Source: Chiloscyllium plagiosum
Taxonomy: Eukaryota
Direction: 5' to 3'
NCBI RefSeq assembly: GCF_004010195.1
Contig: NW_025214806.1
Coordinates: forward strand, 1 to 51,464
Length of the DNA: 51,464 nucleotides
Shown here piece by piece: positions 10,501 to 23,394 of the stretch. Position numbers and translations under genes: made by a program. Numbering within the stretch: the stretch's first letter is position 1; every line of letters begins with the position of its first letter. Below the pieces are notes generated by a model, which was not told where the DNA came from, did not search any database, and saw only the letters and a program-made list of their open reading frames with translations.

Positions 10501-13500
10501 CCAGGCCCAACCTGTCTCCACCAGTCCCCACCTGTCGCCACTGTCTCCACCAGTCCCCATCTGTCGCCACCAGGCCCCGGCCGTTGCCACCAGGCCCCAC
10601 CGGTCCCCATCTGTCGCCACCGGTCCCCATCTGTCGCCACCGGTCCCCATCTGTCATCACCGGCCCCCATCTGTCGCCACCAGTCCCCATCAGTCCCCAC
10701 CTGTTGCCACCGGTCCCCACCTGTTGCCACCGGTCCCCACCTGTCCCCACCGGGCCCCATTTGTCGCCACTAGGCCCCACTTGTTGCCACCATGACCCAC
10801 CTGTCTCCACCGGGCCCCACTGGTCCCCACCTGTCGCTACCGGTCTCCATTTGTCGCCACCATGCCCCACCTGTCTCCACCGGGCCCCATCAGTCGCCAC
10901 CAGTCCCCATCAGTCGCCACCAGGCCCCATCAGTCGCCACCAGGCCAAACCAGGACCCACCTGTCACCACCAGACCCCAACTATCGCCACTGGTCCCTAT
11001 CCATCGCCACCGGTCCCCATCTGTCTCCACCAGACCCCACCGGGCACCATCTGTCGCCACCAGGCCCCATCTGTCACGCCTAAGTCCAACCAGGCCCCAT
11101 CTGTCGCCACCAGGCCCCACCTGTCTCCAACAGTCGTCTCCTGTCACCACCAGGCCCCGTTTGTCCCCACCAGGCCCTGTACGTCGGCTCCGATCCCCAT
11201 CTGTCGCCATCGGGTCCCCATCTGTCGCCACCGGGCCCCATCTGTCGCCACTGGGCCTCATCTGTCGCCACCAGGTCCAACCACGTCCCACCTGTCGCCA
11301 CCAGGACCCACCTGTCGCCACCAGGACCCACCTGTCGCCACCAGGACCCACCTGTCGCCACCAGGACCCACCTGTCGCCACCAGGACCCACCTGTCGCCA
11401 CCAGGACCCACCTGTCGCCACCAGGACCCACCTGTCGCCACCACCCCACTGTTGCCAGCAGTCCCCATCTATGTCCACCAGTCCCCACCGGTCCCCATCT
11501 ATAGCCACCAGGCCCCATCTGTCACAACCAGGCCCAACCTGGCCCCATCTGTCACCACCAGGCCCCATCTGTCTCCACCAGTCGCCACCAAGAGCCGTCC
11601 GTCGCCACCGGTCCCCGTCCGTCGCCACCGGTCCCCGTCCGTCGCCACCGGGCCCCGTCCGTCGCCACCGGGCCCCATCTGTCGCCACCGGTCCCCAGCT
11701 GTCGCCACCAGGACCCATCTGCCACCGGTCCCCGCCTGCCGCCACCGGTCCCCGCCTGTCGCCACCGGTCCCCGCCTGTCGCCACCGTTCCCCATCTGTC
11801 GCCACCGGTCCCCATCAGTCCCCAACAATCACCACCGGTTCTCATCTGTCTCCACCAGGCCCCATCAGTCCCCAACTATCACCACTGATACCCATCTGTC
11901 TCCACCGGGCCCCATCTGTCGCCACCAGGCCCAACTAGGCCCCATCTGTCGCCACCAGGACACACCTGTCTCCACCGGGTTCCACCAGGCCCCATCTGTC
12001 ACCACCGGTCCCCATCTGTCGCCACCGGTCCCCATCTGTTGCCACCAGGCCCAACCACGCACCATCTGTCACCACCGGTCCCCATCTATCATCACCAGCC
12101 CCNNNNNNNNNCCATCTGTCACCACCGGTCCCCATCTGTCGCCACCGGTCCCCATCTGTTGCCACCAGGCCCAACCACGCACCATCTGTCGCCACTGGTC
12201 CCCATCTGTCACCACCAGGCCAATCTGTCACCACCTGTCGCCACCACGCCCCACCTGTCGCCACCAGGACCCAGCTGTCGCCACTGGTCCCCATCCATCG
12301 CGTGCAGTCCCCACCAGTCCCCGTCCGTCTCCACCAGTCCCCGTCCGTCTCCACCAGTCCCCGTCCGTCTCCACCAGTCCCCGTCCGTCTCCACCAGTCC
12401 CCGTCCGTCGCCGGCAATCCCCGTCCGTCGCCGGCAATCCCCGTCCGTCGCCGGCACTCCCCGTCCGTCGCCACCGGGCCCCGTCCGTCGCCACCGGGTC
12501 TCGTCCGTCACCACCGGGCCCCATCTGTCGCCACCAGGCCCAACCAGGCTCCACCGGGCCCCACCTGTCTCCACCGGTCCCCACCTGTCTCCACCGGGCC
12601 CCACCTGTCTCCACCGGGTCCCACCAGTCCCCGTCTGTCGCCACCGGGCCCCGTCTGTCGACACCGGGCCCCATCCGTCGCCACCGGGCCCCATCAGTCC
12701 TCAAATATTACCACCGGTACCCATCTGTCTCCCCCGGGCCCCATCTGTCGCCACTAGGCCCCATCAGTCCCCAACTATCACCACCGATACCCGTCTGTCG
12801 CCTCCGGGCCCCGTCTGTCGCCTCCGGGCCCCGTCTGTCGCCTCCGGGCCCCATCTGTCGCCTCCAGGCCCCGTCTGTCACCACCGGTCCCCATCAGTCG
12901 CCACCGGTCCCCTCTGTCGCTACCAGGCCCAACTATGCCCCATCTGTCTCCACCGATACCCATCTGTCTCCACCGGGTCCCATCTGTCACCAGCAGGCCC
13001 CATCTGTCACCACCGGTCCCCATCAGTCGCCACTGGTCCCCTCTGTCGCTACCAGGCCCAACTATGCCCCATCTGTCTCCACCGATACCCATCTGTCTCC
13101 ACCGGGTCCCATCTGTCACTAGCAGGCCCCATCTATCACCACCGGTCCCCATCAGTCGCCACCGGTCCCCTCTGTCGCTACCAGGCCCAACTATGCCCCA
13201 TCTGTCGCCACCGGGCCCCATCTGTCGCCACCGGGCCCCATCTGTCGCCACCGGGCCCCACCAGTCCCCATCTGTCGCCACGGGGCCCCGTCTGTCGCCA
13301 CGGGGCCCCGTCTGTCGCCACGGGGCCCCGTCTGTCGCCACCGGGCCCCGTCTGTCGCCACAGGGCCCCATCTGTCTCCAGCGGGTCCCACCAGTCCTGA
13401 TCTGTCTCCAGCGGGTCCCACCAGTCCCGATCTGTCGCCACGGGGTCCCGTCTGTCGCCACGGGGCCCCGTCTGTCCCCAACTATCTCCACCGATACCCA

Positions 13501-16500
13501 TCTGTCTCCACCGATACCCATCTGTCTCTACCAGGCCCCATCTGTCGCCACCAGGACCCACCTGTCTACACCGTGTCCCACCAGGCCGCATCCGTCACCA
13601 GCACGCCCCATCTGTCACCACCGGACCCCATCAGTCGCCACCGGTCCCCATCTGTCTCCACCAGGCCCAACTAGGCCGCATCAGTCGCCACCGGGCCCCA
13701 TCTGTCGCCACCAGGACCCACCTGTCTCCAGCGGGTCCCACCAGTCCCCAACTATCACCACCAGGCCCCACCTGTCGCCACCAGTCGCCAACTATCACAT
13801 CCAGTCCCCATCTGTCGCCACCGGTCCCCATCTGCCCCGGTCCCCGCCTGTCGCCACCGGGCCCCATCCATCACCATCAGTCCCCAACTATCACCACCGG
13901 ACTCCACCTGTCGCCTCCGGCCCCCATCTGTCGCCACCAGGCCCAACCAGGCCCCACCTGTCACCACCAGGACCCACCTGTCTCCACCGGGTCCCACCAG
14001 CCCCATCTGTCTCCACCAGTCCCCATTTGTCGCCACTGTCACCACCGGTCCCCATCTGTCACCACCGGTCCCCATCTGTCGCAACCGGTCCCCATCTGTC
14101 GTCACCGGGCCCCATCTGTTGCCACTAGGCCCCGTCCGTCGCCACCTGGCCCCATCAGTCCTCAACAACACCACCGGTACCCATCTGTCGCCACCAGGCC
14201 CCATCTGTCGCCACCAGGCCCCATCAGTCCCCAACTATCATCACCGATACCCATCTGTCGCCACCAGGACCCACCTGTCTCCACAGCGTCCCACCAGGCC
14301 GCATTCGTCGCCAGCACATCTCTTCCGTCACCACCCCCATCTGTCACCACCGGCCCCCATCTGTCGCCACCGGCCCCCATCTGTCGCCACCGGGCCCCAT
14401 CTGTCGCTACGGGCCCCATCTGTCACCACCAGGCCCCATCTGTCACCACCAGGCCCAACCACGCCCCATCTGTCGCCACCAGGACCCACCTGTCTACACC
14501 GGGTTCCACCGGTCCCCACCTATCGCCACTGGTCCCCATCAGTCACCACCGGTCCCCATCTGTCGCCACCAGGCCCAACCATGCCCCATCTGTCATCATC
14601 AGTCCCCATCTGTCGCCACCAGTCCCCATCTGTCGCCACCGGGCGTCATCTGTCGCCACCGGGCCCCATCTGTCACCACCAGGCCCAACCACGCCCCATC
14701 TGTCGCCACCAGGACCCACCTGTCTACACCGGGTTCCACCGGTCCCCACTGTCGCCACCACGTCACACCTGTCGCTACCAGGACCCACCTGTCTCTACCG
14801 GGTTCCACCGGTCTCCACCTGTCGCCACCAGGACCCACCTGTCGCCACCATGCCCCACCTGTCTCCACCGGGCTCTATCCGTCGCCACCAGGCCCAACTA
14901 GGACCCACCTGTCTCCACCAGTACCCACCTGTCTCCACCAGTACCCACCTGTCTCCACCAGTACCCACCTGTCTCCACCAGTACCCACCTGTCTCCACCA
15001 GTACCCACCTGTCTCCACCAGTACCCACCTGTCTCCACCAGTACCCACCTGTCTCCACCAGTACCCACCTGTCTCCACCAGTACCCACCTGTCTCCACCA
15101 GTACCCACCTGTCTCCACCAGTACCCACCTGTCTCCACCAGTACCCACCTGTCTCCACCAGTACCCACCTGTCTCCACCGGTCCCCATCAGTCGCCACAG
15201 GTCACCATTTGTCGCCACCATGCCCCACCTGTCTCCACCAGTCCCCACCGGGCCCCATCCGTCGCCATCAGGCCCCATTAGTCGCCACCAGGCCCAACCA
15301 GGACCCACCTGTTGCCACCAGGACCCGCCTGTCACCACCAATCCCCAACTATCGCCACCGGTCCCCAACCCTCGCCACCGGTCCCCATCTGTCACCAGCA
15401 GGCCCCATCTGTCACGACTAGTTCCAACCAGGCCCCGTCTGTCGCCACCGGTCCCCATCTGTCGCCACCAGGCCCAACCACACCACACCTGTCGCCACCA
15501 CGACCCACCTGTCGCCGCCGGGTCCCACCGGTCCCCATCTGTCCCCAACTATCACCACCAGGCCCCACCTGCGCCACCAGTCGCTAACTATCACATCCAA
15601 TCCCCATCTGCTGCCACCGGTCCCCATCTGCCCCAGTCTCCATCCGTTGCCAGCAGTCCCCATCTGTCTCCACCAGTCCCCACCAGGCCCCATCTTGTCA
15701 CGACCAAGTCCAACCAGGCCCCGTTCGTCGCCACCAGGCCCCATCCGTCGGCACCGGTCCCCATCAGTCGCCAACGGCTCCCAATCAGTCTCCACCGGGC
15801 CCCATCTGTCGCCACCAGGTCCCACCTGTCGCCACGGGGTCCCACCAGGCCCCATCTGTCGCCACCAGGACCCTCCTGTCTACACCGGGTTCCACCGGTC
15901 CCCATCAGTCACCACCGGTCCCCATCCGTCGCCACCAGGCCCAACCACGCCCCATCTGTCGCCACCGGCCCCCATCTGTCGCCACCGGCCCCCATCTGTC
16001 ATCACCAGCCCCCATCTGTCGCCACCGGGCCCCATCTGTCACCACCAGGCCCAACCACGCCACATCTGTCGCCACCAGGACCCACCTGTCTACACCGGGT
16101 CCCACCGGTCCCCACCTGTCGCTACCAGGACCCACCTGTCTCCACCGGGTTCCGCCAGGAGCCACCTGTCGCCACCAGGACCCACCTGTCGCCACCATGC
16201 CCCACCTGTCTCCACCGGGCTCTATCCGTCGCCACCTGTCTCCGCCAGGACCCACCTGTCTCCGCCAGGACCCACCTGTCTCCACCAGTACCCATCTGTC
16301 GCCACCGGTCCCCATCTGTCGCCACCGGTCCCCATCTGTCACCACCAGGCCCAACCACGCCCCATCTGTCGCCACCAGGACCCACCTGTCTACACTGGGT
16401 TCCACCGGTCCCCACCTGTCGCCACCGGCCCCCACCTGTCGCCACTACGCCACACCTGTCGCCACCAGGACCCACCTGTCGCCACCATGCCTCACCTGTC

Positions 16501-19500
16501 TCCACCGGGCTCTATCTGTCGCCACCAGGCCCAACCAGGACCCACCTGTCTCCACCAGTACCCACCTGTCTCCACCAGGCCCCACCTGTCGCCACCGGTC
16601 CCCATCAGTCGCCACAGGTCACCATTTGTCGCCACCATGCCCCACCTGTCTCCACCAGTCCCCACCGGGCCCCATCCGTCGCCACCAGGCCCCATGAGTC
16701 GCCACCAGGCCCAACCAGGACCCATCTGTCGCCACCAGGACCCACCTGTCACCACCTGTCTCCACCAATCCCCAACTATCGCCACCGGTCCCCATCCGTC
16801 GCCACCGGTCCCCATCTGTTGCCAGCCGTCCCCATCTGTCTCCACCAGTCCCTACCAGGCCCCACGTGTCACCAGCAGGCCCCATCTGTCACGACCAGTT
16901 CCAACCAGGCCCCGTCCGTCGCCACCAGTCCCCATCAGATGCCACAGGTCCCCATCAGTCGTCATCGGGTCCCCATCTATCTCCACCAGTCCCCAACTAT
17001 CACTACCGGTCCCCATCTGTCGCCAACGATCCCCATCTGTCGCCACCAGGCCCAACCACACCACACCTGTCACCACCACGACCCACCTGTCTCCATCAGT
17101 CCCCAACTATCACCACCAGGCCCCACCTGTCGCCACCAGTCGCCAACTATCACATCCAGTCCCCATCTGTCGCCACCGGTCCCCAACTTTCGCCACCGGT
17201 CCCCACCTTTCGCCACCGGTCCCACCAGGCCCCACCAGGACCCACCTGTCGCCACCAGGTCCCATCAGGCGCCACCAGGCCCAACCAGGACCCACCTGTG
17301 TCCACCAGTCCCAAACTATTGCCTCCGGTCCCCATCCATCGCCACCGGTCCCCCATCTGTTGCCAGCAGTCCCCACCTGTCTCCACCAGTCCCTACCGGG
17401 CCCCATCTGTCATCACCATGCCCCATCTGTCACGACCAATTCCAACCAGGCCCCATCTGTCGCCACCAGGCCCCACCTGTCATCAACAGTCGTCTCCTGT
17501 CGCCACCAGGCCCCGTCTGTCGCCACCAGGCCCCGTCCGTCGCCAACAGCCCCCATCAGTCGTCATCGGGTCCCCATCTGTCTCCACCAGTCCCCATCTG
17601 TCGCCAACGATCCCCATCTGTCGCCACCTCGACCCACCTGTCGCCACCAGGACCCTACTGTCTCCAACGGGTCCCACCAGGCCCCACCTGTCGCCACCGG
17701 TCTCCATTTGTTGCCACCATGCCCCCACTGTCTCCACCGGGCCCCATCCGTCACCACCAGGCCCAACCAGGACCCACCTGTCTCCACCAGGCCCCATCTG
17801 TCTCCACCGGTCCCCATCAGTCGCCACAGGTCACCATTTGTCACCACCATGCCCCACCTGTCTCCACCAGTCCTCACCGGGCCCCATGAGTCGCCACCAG
17901 GCCCAACCAGTACCCACCTGTCGCGACCAGGACCCACCTGTCACCACCGGTCCCCATCTGTTGCCAGCAGTCCCCATCTGTCTCCACCAGTCCCCACCGG
18001 GCCCCATCTGTCTCCACCAGGCCCCATCAGTCACAACCAGTTCCAACCAGCCCCCACCTGTCGATACCAGGCCCCACCTGTCATCACCAATTGTCTCCCG
18101 TTGCCACCAGGCCCCGTCGGTCGCCACCTGGCCCCATCCGTCGGCACCATTCCCCATCAGATGCCACCGGTCCCCATTAGTCGTCATCGGGTCCCCATCT
18201 GTCGCCACCGGTCCCCATCTGTCGCCACCGGGCCCCATCAGTCCCCAACTATCACCACCGGTCCCCATCTGTTGCCAACATCCCCATCTGTCACCACCGG
18301 GCCCCATCTGTCGCCACCAGGCCCAACCACACCCCATCTGTCACCACCACGACCCACCTGTCTCCACCGGGTCCCATGGGTCCCCATCTGTCGCCACCAG
18401 TCCCCATCAGTCCCCCAACCATCGCCACCGGTCTCCACCTGTCGCCACCGGTCTCCACCTGTCGCCACCGGTCCCCACATGTCGCCACCGGGCCCCATCT
18501 TTCGCCACCACGACCCACCTGTTTCCACCGGGTCCCACCGTTCCACACCTGTCACCACCGGTCCCCATTTGTCGCCACCATACCACACCTGTCTCCACCA
18601 GTCCCCACCAGGCCGTCACCAGGACCCACCGGGCCCCATCTGTCTCCACCAGTCCCCACCGGGCCCCATCTTTCACGACCAAGTCCAACCAGGCCCCGTC
18701 CGTCGCCGCCAGGCCCCGTCCGTCGCCACCAGGCCCCGTCCGTCGCCACCAGGCCCCGTCCGTCGCCACCAGGCCCCATCCATCGCCACCAGGCCCCATC
18801 CGTTGGCAACGGTCCCCATCAGTCGCTATCGGGTCCCAATCTGTCTCCACCAGTCCCCATCTGTCGCCACTGGGCCCCATCTGTCGCCACCAGGTCCAAC
18901 CATACCCCATCTGTCACCACCAGGACCCACCATTCGCCACCAGGCCCCACCTGTCTCCACCGGACCCCATCCGTCGCCACCGGACCCCATCCGTCGCCAC
19001 CGGACCCCATCCGTCGCCACCGGACCCCATCCGTCGCCGCTGACCCCATCCGTCGCCGCTTACCCCATCCGACGCCACCAGTCCCCATCCGTCGCCACCG
19101 GTCCCCAACTGTTGCCAGCAGTCCCCATCTATCTCCACCGGTCCCCATCTATCCGCAGCAGGCCCCATCTGTCACGACCAGGCCCAACCAGGCCCCATCT
19201 GTCGCCACCAGGCCCCATCTGTCACCACCTGGCCCCACCTGTCTCCACCAGTCGCCACCAAGAGCCATCTGCCACCAACAGGCCCCGTCTGTCGCCACCA
19301 GGCCCCGTCTGTCGCCACCAGGCCCCGTCTGTCGCCACCAGGCCCCGTCTGTCGCCATCAGGTCCCATCCGTCGCCATCAGGTCCCCGCCGGTCGCCACC
19401 AGACCCCATCAGTCCCCATCTGTCGCCACCGGTCCCCGCCTGTCACCACCAGGCCCCATCAGTCCCCAACTATCACCACCGGTCTCCATCCGTCGCCACC

Positions 19501-20456
19501 GGTCCCCATCTGTTGCCAGCAGTCCCCATCTGTCTCCACCAGGCCCCATCTGTCACGACCAGTTCCAACCAGGCCCCATCTGTCGCCACCAGGCCCCACC
19601 TGTCATCAACAGACGTCTCCTGTCGACACCAGGCCCCATTCGTCACCACCGGTGGCGACAGGTGGGGACCGGTGGGACCCGGTGGAGCTAGGTGGGTCGT
19701 GGTGGCGACAAGTGGGGCCTGGTGGCGACAGATGGGGCACCGTCCGTCGCCACCTGGCGTCATCCGTCTGCACTGGTGCCCATCAGACGCCACCGGTCCC
19801 CATCAGTCGTCATCGGGTCCCCATCTGTCTCCACCAGTCCCCATCTGTCGCCAACGATCCCCATCTGTCGCCAATGATCCCCATCTGTCACCACCGGGCT
19901 CCATCTGTCACCACCGGACCCCATCTGTCACCACCAGGCCCAACCACACCCCATCTGACACCATCACGACCCACCAGGCCCCACCTGTCGCCAACGATCC
20001 CCATCTGTCGCCACCGGGCTCCATCTGTCGCCACCGGACCCCATCTGTCACCACCAGGCCCAACCACACCCCATCTGACACCACCACGACCCACCTGTCG
20101 CCACCACGACCCACCAGGCCCCACCTGTCGCCACCAGTCGCCAACTATCACATCCACTCCCCATCTGTCGCCTCCGGTCCCCATCTACCCGGTCCCCGCC
20201 TGTCGCCACCAGGCCCCGCCTGTCGCCACCAGGCCCCGTCTGTCGCCACCAGGCCCCGTCTGTCGCCAACAGGCCCCGTCCGTCGCCACCTGGCCCCGTC
20301 CGTCGCCACCAGGCGTCTCCTGTCGCCACCAGGCCCCGTCTGTCGCCACCGGTCCCACCCATTTGCCGCCAGGCCCCACCTGTCTCCACTGGTCCCCATC
20401 TGTCGCCACCGGTCCCCATCTCTCACCGGTCCCCGCCTGTCGCCACCAGGCCCCGT
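7508..20456. repeat. ~13-kb GC-rich satellite, 20-bp unit consensus TGTCGCCACCAGGCCCCATC (~650 units)
   Basis: The unit and its variants tile the whole interval. The + strand is C-rich. The array includes perfect runs (e.g. 14921-15180) and a 9-N gap at 12103-12111. Confidence 0.97.
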
Positions 20457-20612
20457 CTGAACCTATGCCCTCTAGTTCTGGACTCCCCGACCCCACGGAA
20501 AAGACTTTGTCTATTTATCCTATCCATGCCCCTCATAATTTTGTAAACCTCTATAAGGTCACCCCTCAGCCTCCGACGTTCCAAGGAAAACAGACCCCAC
20601 CTGTTCAGCCTC
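20457..20612 (-). mobile_element. CR1 LINE fragment
   Basis: Minus ORF RLNRWGLFSLERRRLRGDLIEVYKIMRGMDRINRQSLF, a classic CR1 ORF2 C-terminal motif. Confidence 0.9.
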
Positions 20613-21199
20613 AAAGTCTATTAGCTCTTTAACTTTCCCCAGTTTTAATAAAAAAAAATTGATCTGGAATGTTAAATAATGTGTCACCAAGATATGGTTT
20701 CTTGGGTCAAGCACTGCTATCAATATGAGACTGGCATATATGTTAGCTCACGTAAAGTATATGATAAATATCACGTGCTTATTGAGACAAATGCCTTAAG
20801 CTTTAATTAACACAAAGCATTTCCATTGTTATAACATCACAAACTTCTACATAGTCTAGATTTGATGCTGAATGTTACTGTACATTACACAGACATAATT
20901 GACTGACCAAACACACAACGCTGACTTTATTTTACCCAGAGTGTGACTGAAGAAAAGGTGGTTACCTTTATGTCACATATAATGGTCCTTGCAATTTTTT
21001 GAAATTACATTACCTGTCTGATCTGAAATTATGCGATAACTCTTCACAGATGCTGGTATTTCGCGTCGTTTCTGATTTTATTGCAAATTTTCAGCACCGA
21101 CATTTTTCTGCTATTCACAAACGAAATAACTTTAGGAGCTCAAATATAAGTCTTATACTAACTGCGGTACATTACAAATTCCATAAGAGCAATTGTCAT

Positions 21200-21710
21200 C
21201 TCGGACAAGGGTTGCTGTCAGCAGCACGCGCCACGCGCACTTTGCCGGGAAACCCAACGGCTAAGAAGGCTCGTGCGCACCAACAACCGCGTGCCCGTGA
21301 GGTGCTACTCGCACGTGCACCAATGTGACCATGTACCTGATCCAGACCGCGCATGAGCGGCAATGGCAGGGTGTCTTAGTGAAGAGCAGTTCAGGGATAG
21401 TTTTGTGTTTTTGATATAACGAGAGTTCTGGTTGGAAGGAAATGTCCTTTTTTCTTCTCGCTTCCCTAGAGTCAGCGATGGAGGAGCGTCTATGGATGGA
21501 GGCTGAACCTTTTCCTGAGTTTTCCCAGTTGGCCTCATGGCAGCAGTTGGAGTTTTGAGCGCACTGCGCAGGTATGCGGTCCCTGGTGGTTGGTACAAAT
21601 GGCAGGGTCTGTCTCTGACCGGAGGTCAGTGCAGGCAAGTGCACAGCACTGGCTGTCTGTATGCAAAGAAGAGCTTACTAAAGAAATTCCTCTCTAAATC
21701 AAAGTGAGTA
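21200..21710 (+). promoter_or_regulatory. CpG-rich promoter-like segment with candidate first exon(s)
   Basis: Local CpG cluster in AT-rich DNA. CACGTG at 21312, CCAAT at 21320, NRF1-like GCGCATGAGC at 21349; donors GCAG|GTATGC (GT at 21572) and CAAA|GTGAGT (GT at 21704). Confidence 0.5.
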
Positions 21711-22007
21711 TTTGTACATAATCAATTTATATTTACTAGTAAGTAAGACGTATCAAAAATACCAAGTGGTCAGATTTGTGGGTTTAAATTTTTGAAGGCG
21801 GTAGAGGGAAATTATATCATTTGCTTAAAAGTTCCTGTTACCACCGAGATAAGATCTCAACGTCGTACATGTCAAGCAGATGCTGCAATTATATTGTATG
21901 TCCTCGTTTAAATAGAATTTGTATTTATGCATCAAAATTGTATTGTAAAAACTAATGAACTAACAACCAATGCAGAGCTGAGTAGCAAGCCTTTGCTTTT
22001 TCGGGAG

Positions 22008-22107
22008 NNNNNNNNNNNNNNNNNNNNNNNNNNNNNNNNNNNNNNNNNNNNNNNNNNNNNNNNNNNNNNNNNNNNNNNNNNNNNNNNNNNNNNNNNNNNN
22101 NNNNNNN
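22008..22107. other. Assembly gap (100 N, probably unsized)
   Basis: Run of exactly 100 N. Confidence 0.99.
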
Positions 22108-22261
22108 GGACTGGAAATGTTTAGTGTTTCTCTTTACACACCATGCTGTCCGATGAGCTGAGTTTTAATGGGCAGTTTACTTCTTTGTAGTGCTGCAGAA
22201 TTGCACAAAAGCAATGAATTAAAATGGTAATATTAGGTGTGACTATGTGGTATAAAAAGTT

Positions 22262-22585
22262 ACATTAGATTAGATTACTTACAGTGTGGAAACAGGCCCT
22301 TCGTCCCAACAAGTCCACACCGACCCCCCAAAGCACAACCCACCCAGACCCATTCCCCTACATTTAGCCCTTCACAACGCTACGGGCAATTTAGAATGGC
22401 CAATCCACCTAACCTGCGCATTTTTGGACTGTGGGAGGAAACCGGAGCACCCAGAGGAAACCCACGCAGACACAGGGAGAATGTGCAAACTCCACACAGA
22501 CAGTTGCCTGAGGCGGAGAATTGAACCAGGGTCTCTGGTACTTTGAGGCAGCAGTGCTAGCCACTGTGCCACCATGCCACCCCAA
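22262..22585 (-). mobile_element. V-SINE (HE1-like), near full length
   Basis: Reverse complement of the 27997 copy, including the (AGATT)n tail and tRNA-like head. Confidence 0.9.
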
Positions 22586-22724
22586 CCACCGTGCCGAGGC
22601 CACTCTGTGCATATCTTCACCCTGTTGTTAACTGTTATTACAATACTCCAGCTGTTCCTTGAGGCTTTGTTTGTGCCTACTATCAAAGTCCTAGAGGACC
22701 ATGGGGACATTCTCATTGGAGAGA

Positions 22725-23250
22725 GATAAGACCAGAAGTTAGACCACTCAGCCCATTGAGTCTGCCCCACCATTCACTCATGGCTGATAAGTTTCTGAAC
22801 TCTAGTCTCCTGCTTCTGCCTGTAACCCTTGGTGCCCTTGACAGTCAAGAGCCTATCTATCTCTATTTAAATTCACTCAATGACTTGGCCTCCACAGCCT
22901 TCTGTGGCAATGAATTCTGTAGATTCACCACTCTCTCAAAGTGAAACTTCTTCAGCCAAACTCCATTCTAAAAGGCCTTCCCTTTATGCTAAGGCTGTGT
23001 CCTTGGGTCCTGGTGTCTCATACCAACGCAAACATCTTCCCAATATCCAGTGTCCAAGCCATTCAGTAATTGAAACGTATATGATAACTCCTCATCCTTT
23101 TAAACTCAATTGAATATACAGCCACAGACCTCAATTGTTCATTTCTGGGGCCATTCTCATGAATCTCCTCTGAACATGCTCCAGAGTGAGTATATGATTC
23201 CTGAGGTATGGGGCCAAAAACTGTGCACAATACACTCAAATGTGGTCTGA
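22725..23250 (-). mobile_element. Decayed CR1 3' fragment
   Basis: Similar to 38455-39000: gcccattgagtctgc tail, gacttggcctccacagcc..gaattc block and gatggggccaaaaactgtgcacaata-type block. Confidence 0.75.
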
Positions 23251-23279
23251 GTTTAGTGTTTTCATAGTGAAGTCCTCTG

Positions 23280-23385
23280 ACTCAGTTGTTGGCACTGCTG
23301 CCTCACAACGCCAGGAACTCTGGTTCGCTTCCAGCTTCAGGCTACTGTGGAGTTTGCATATTCTCCCTGTGTTTATGTGGGTTTA
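23280..23385 (+). mobile_element. SINE 5' fragment (HE1-like)
   Basis: ggcactgctgcctcacaacgccagg..tgtggagtttgcatattctccc matches the SINE head at 28020-28110. Confidence 0.7.
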
Positions 23386-23394
23386 CTGCAGAAA

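Noticed and set aside
11992..12190. Exact ~80-bp duplication in the satellite
   Set aside because: It flanks the 9-N gap with a 120-nt offset and is most likely overlapping contig ends.
7508..20456. Immunoglobulin switch-like region, Chi-like recombination array or CTCF-site array
   Set aside because: AGCT motifs are scarce and no Ig exons are nearby. CCTGGTGG and GCGACAGATGGGGC only partly match the Chi and CTCF consensus, which is expected by chance in a GC-rich unit; a PWM scan plus ChIP would be needed.
7284..20632. Very long Pro/His-rich ORFs (up to 1661 aa) and Gly/Trp-rich antisense ORFs as real genes (extensin-, mucin- or collagen-like)
   Set aside because: They are a by-product of a stop-free 20-bp repeat. 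All frames give the same cyclic peptide, unit-length variants shift frame freely, and there are no credible start or splice signals.
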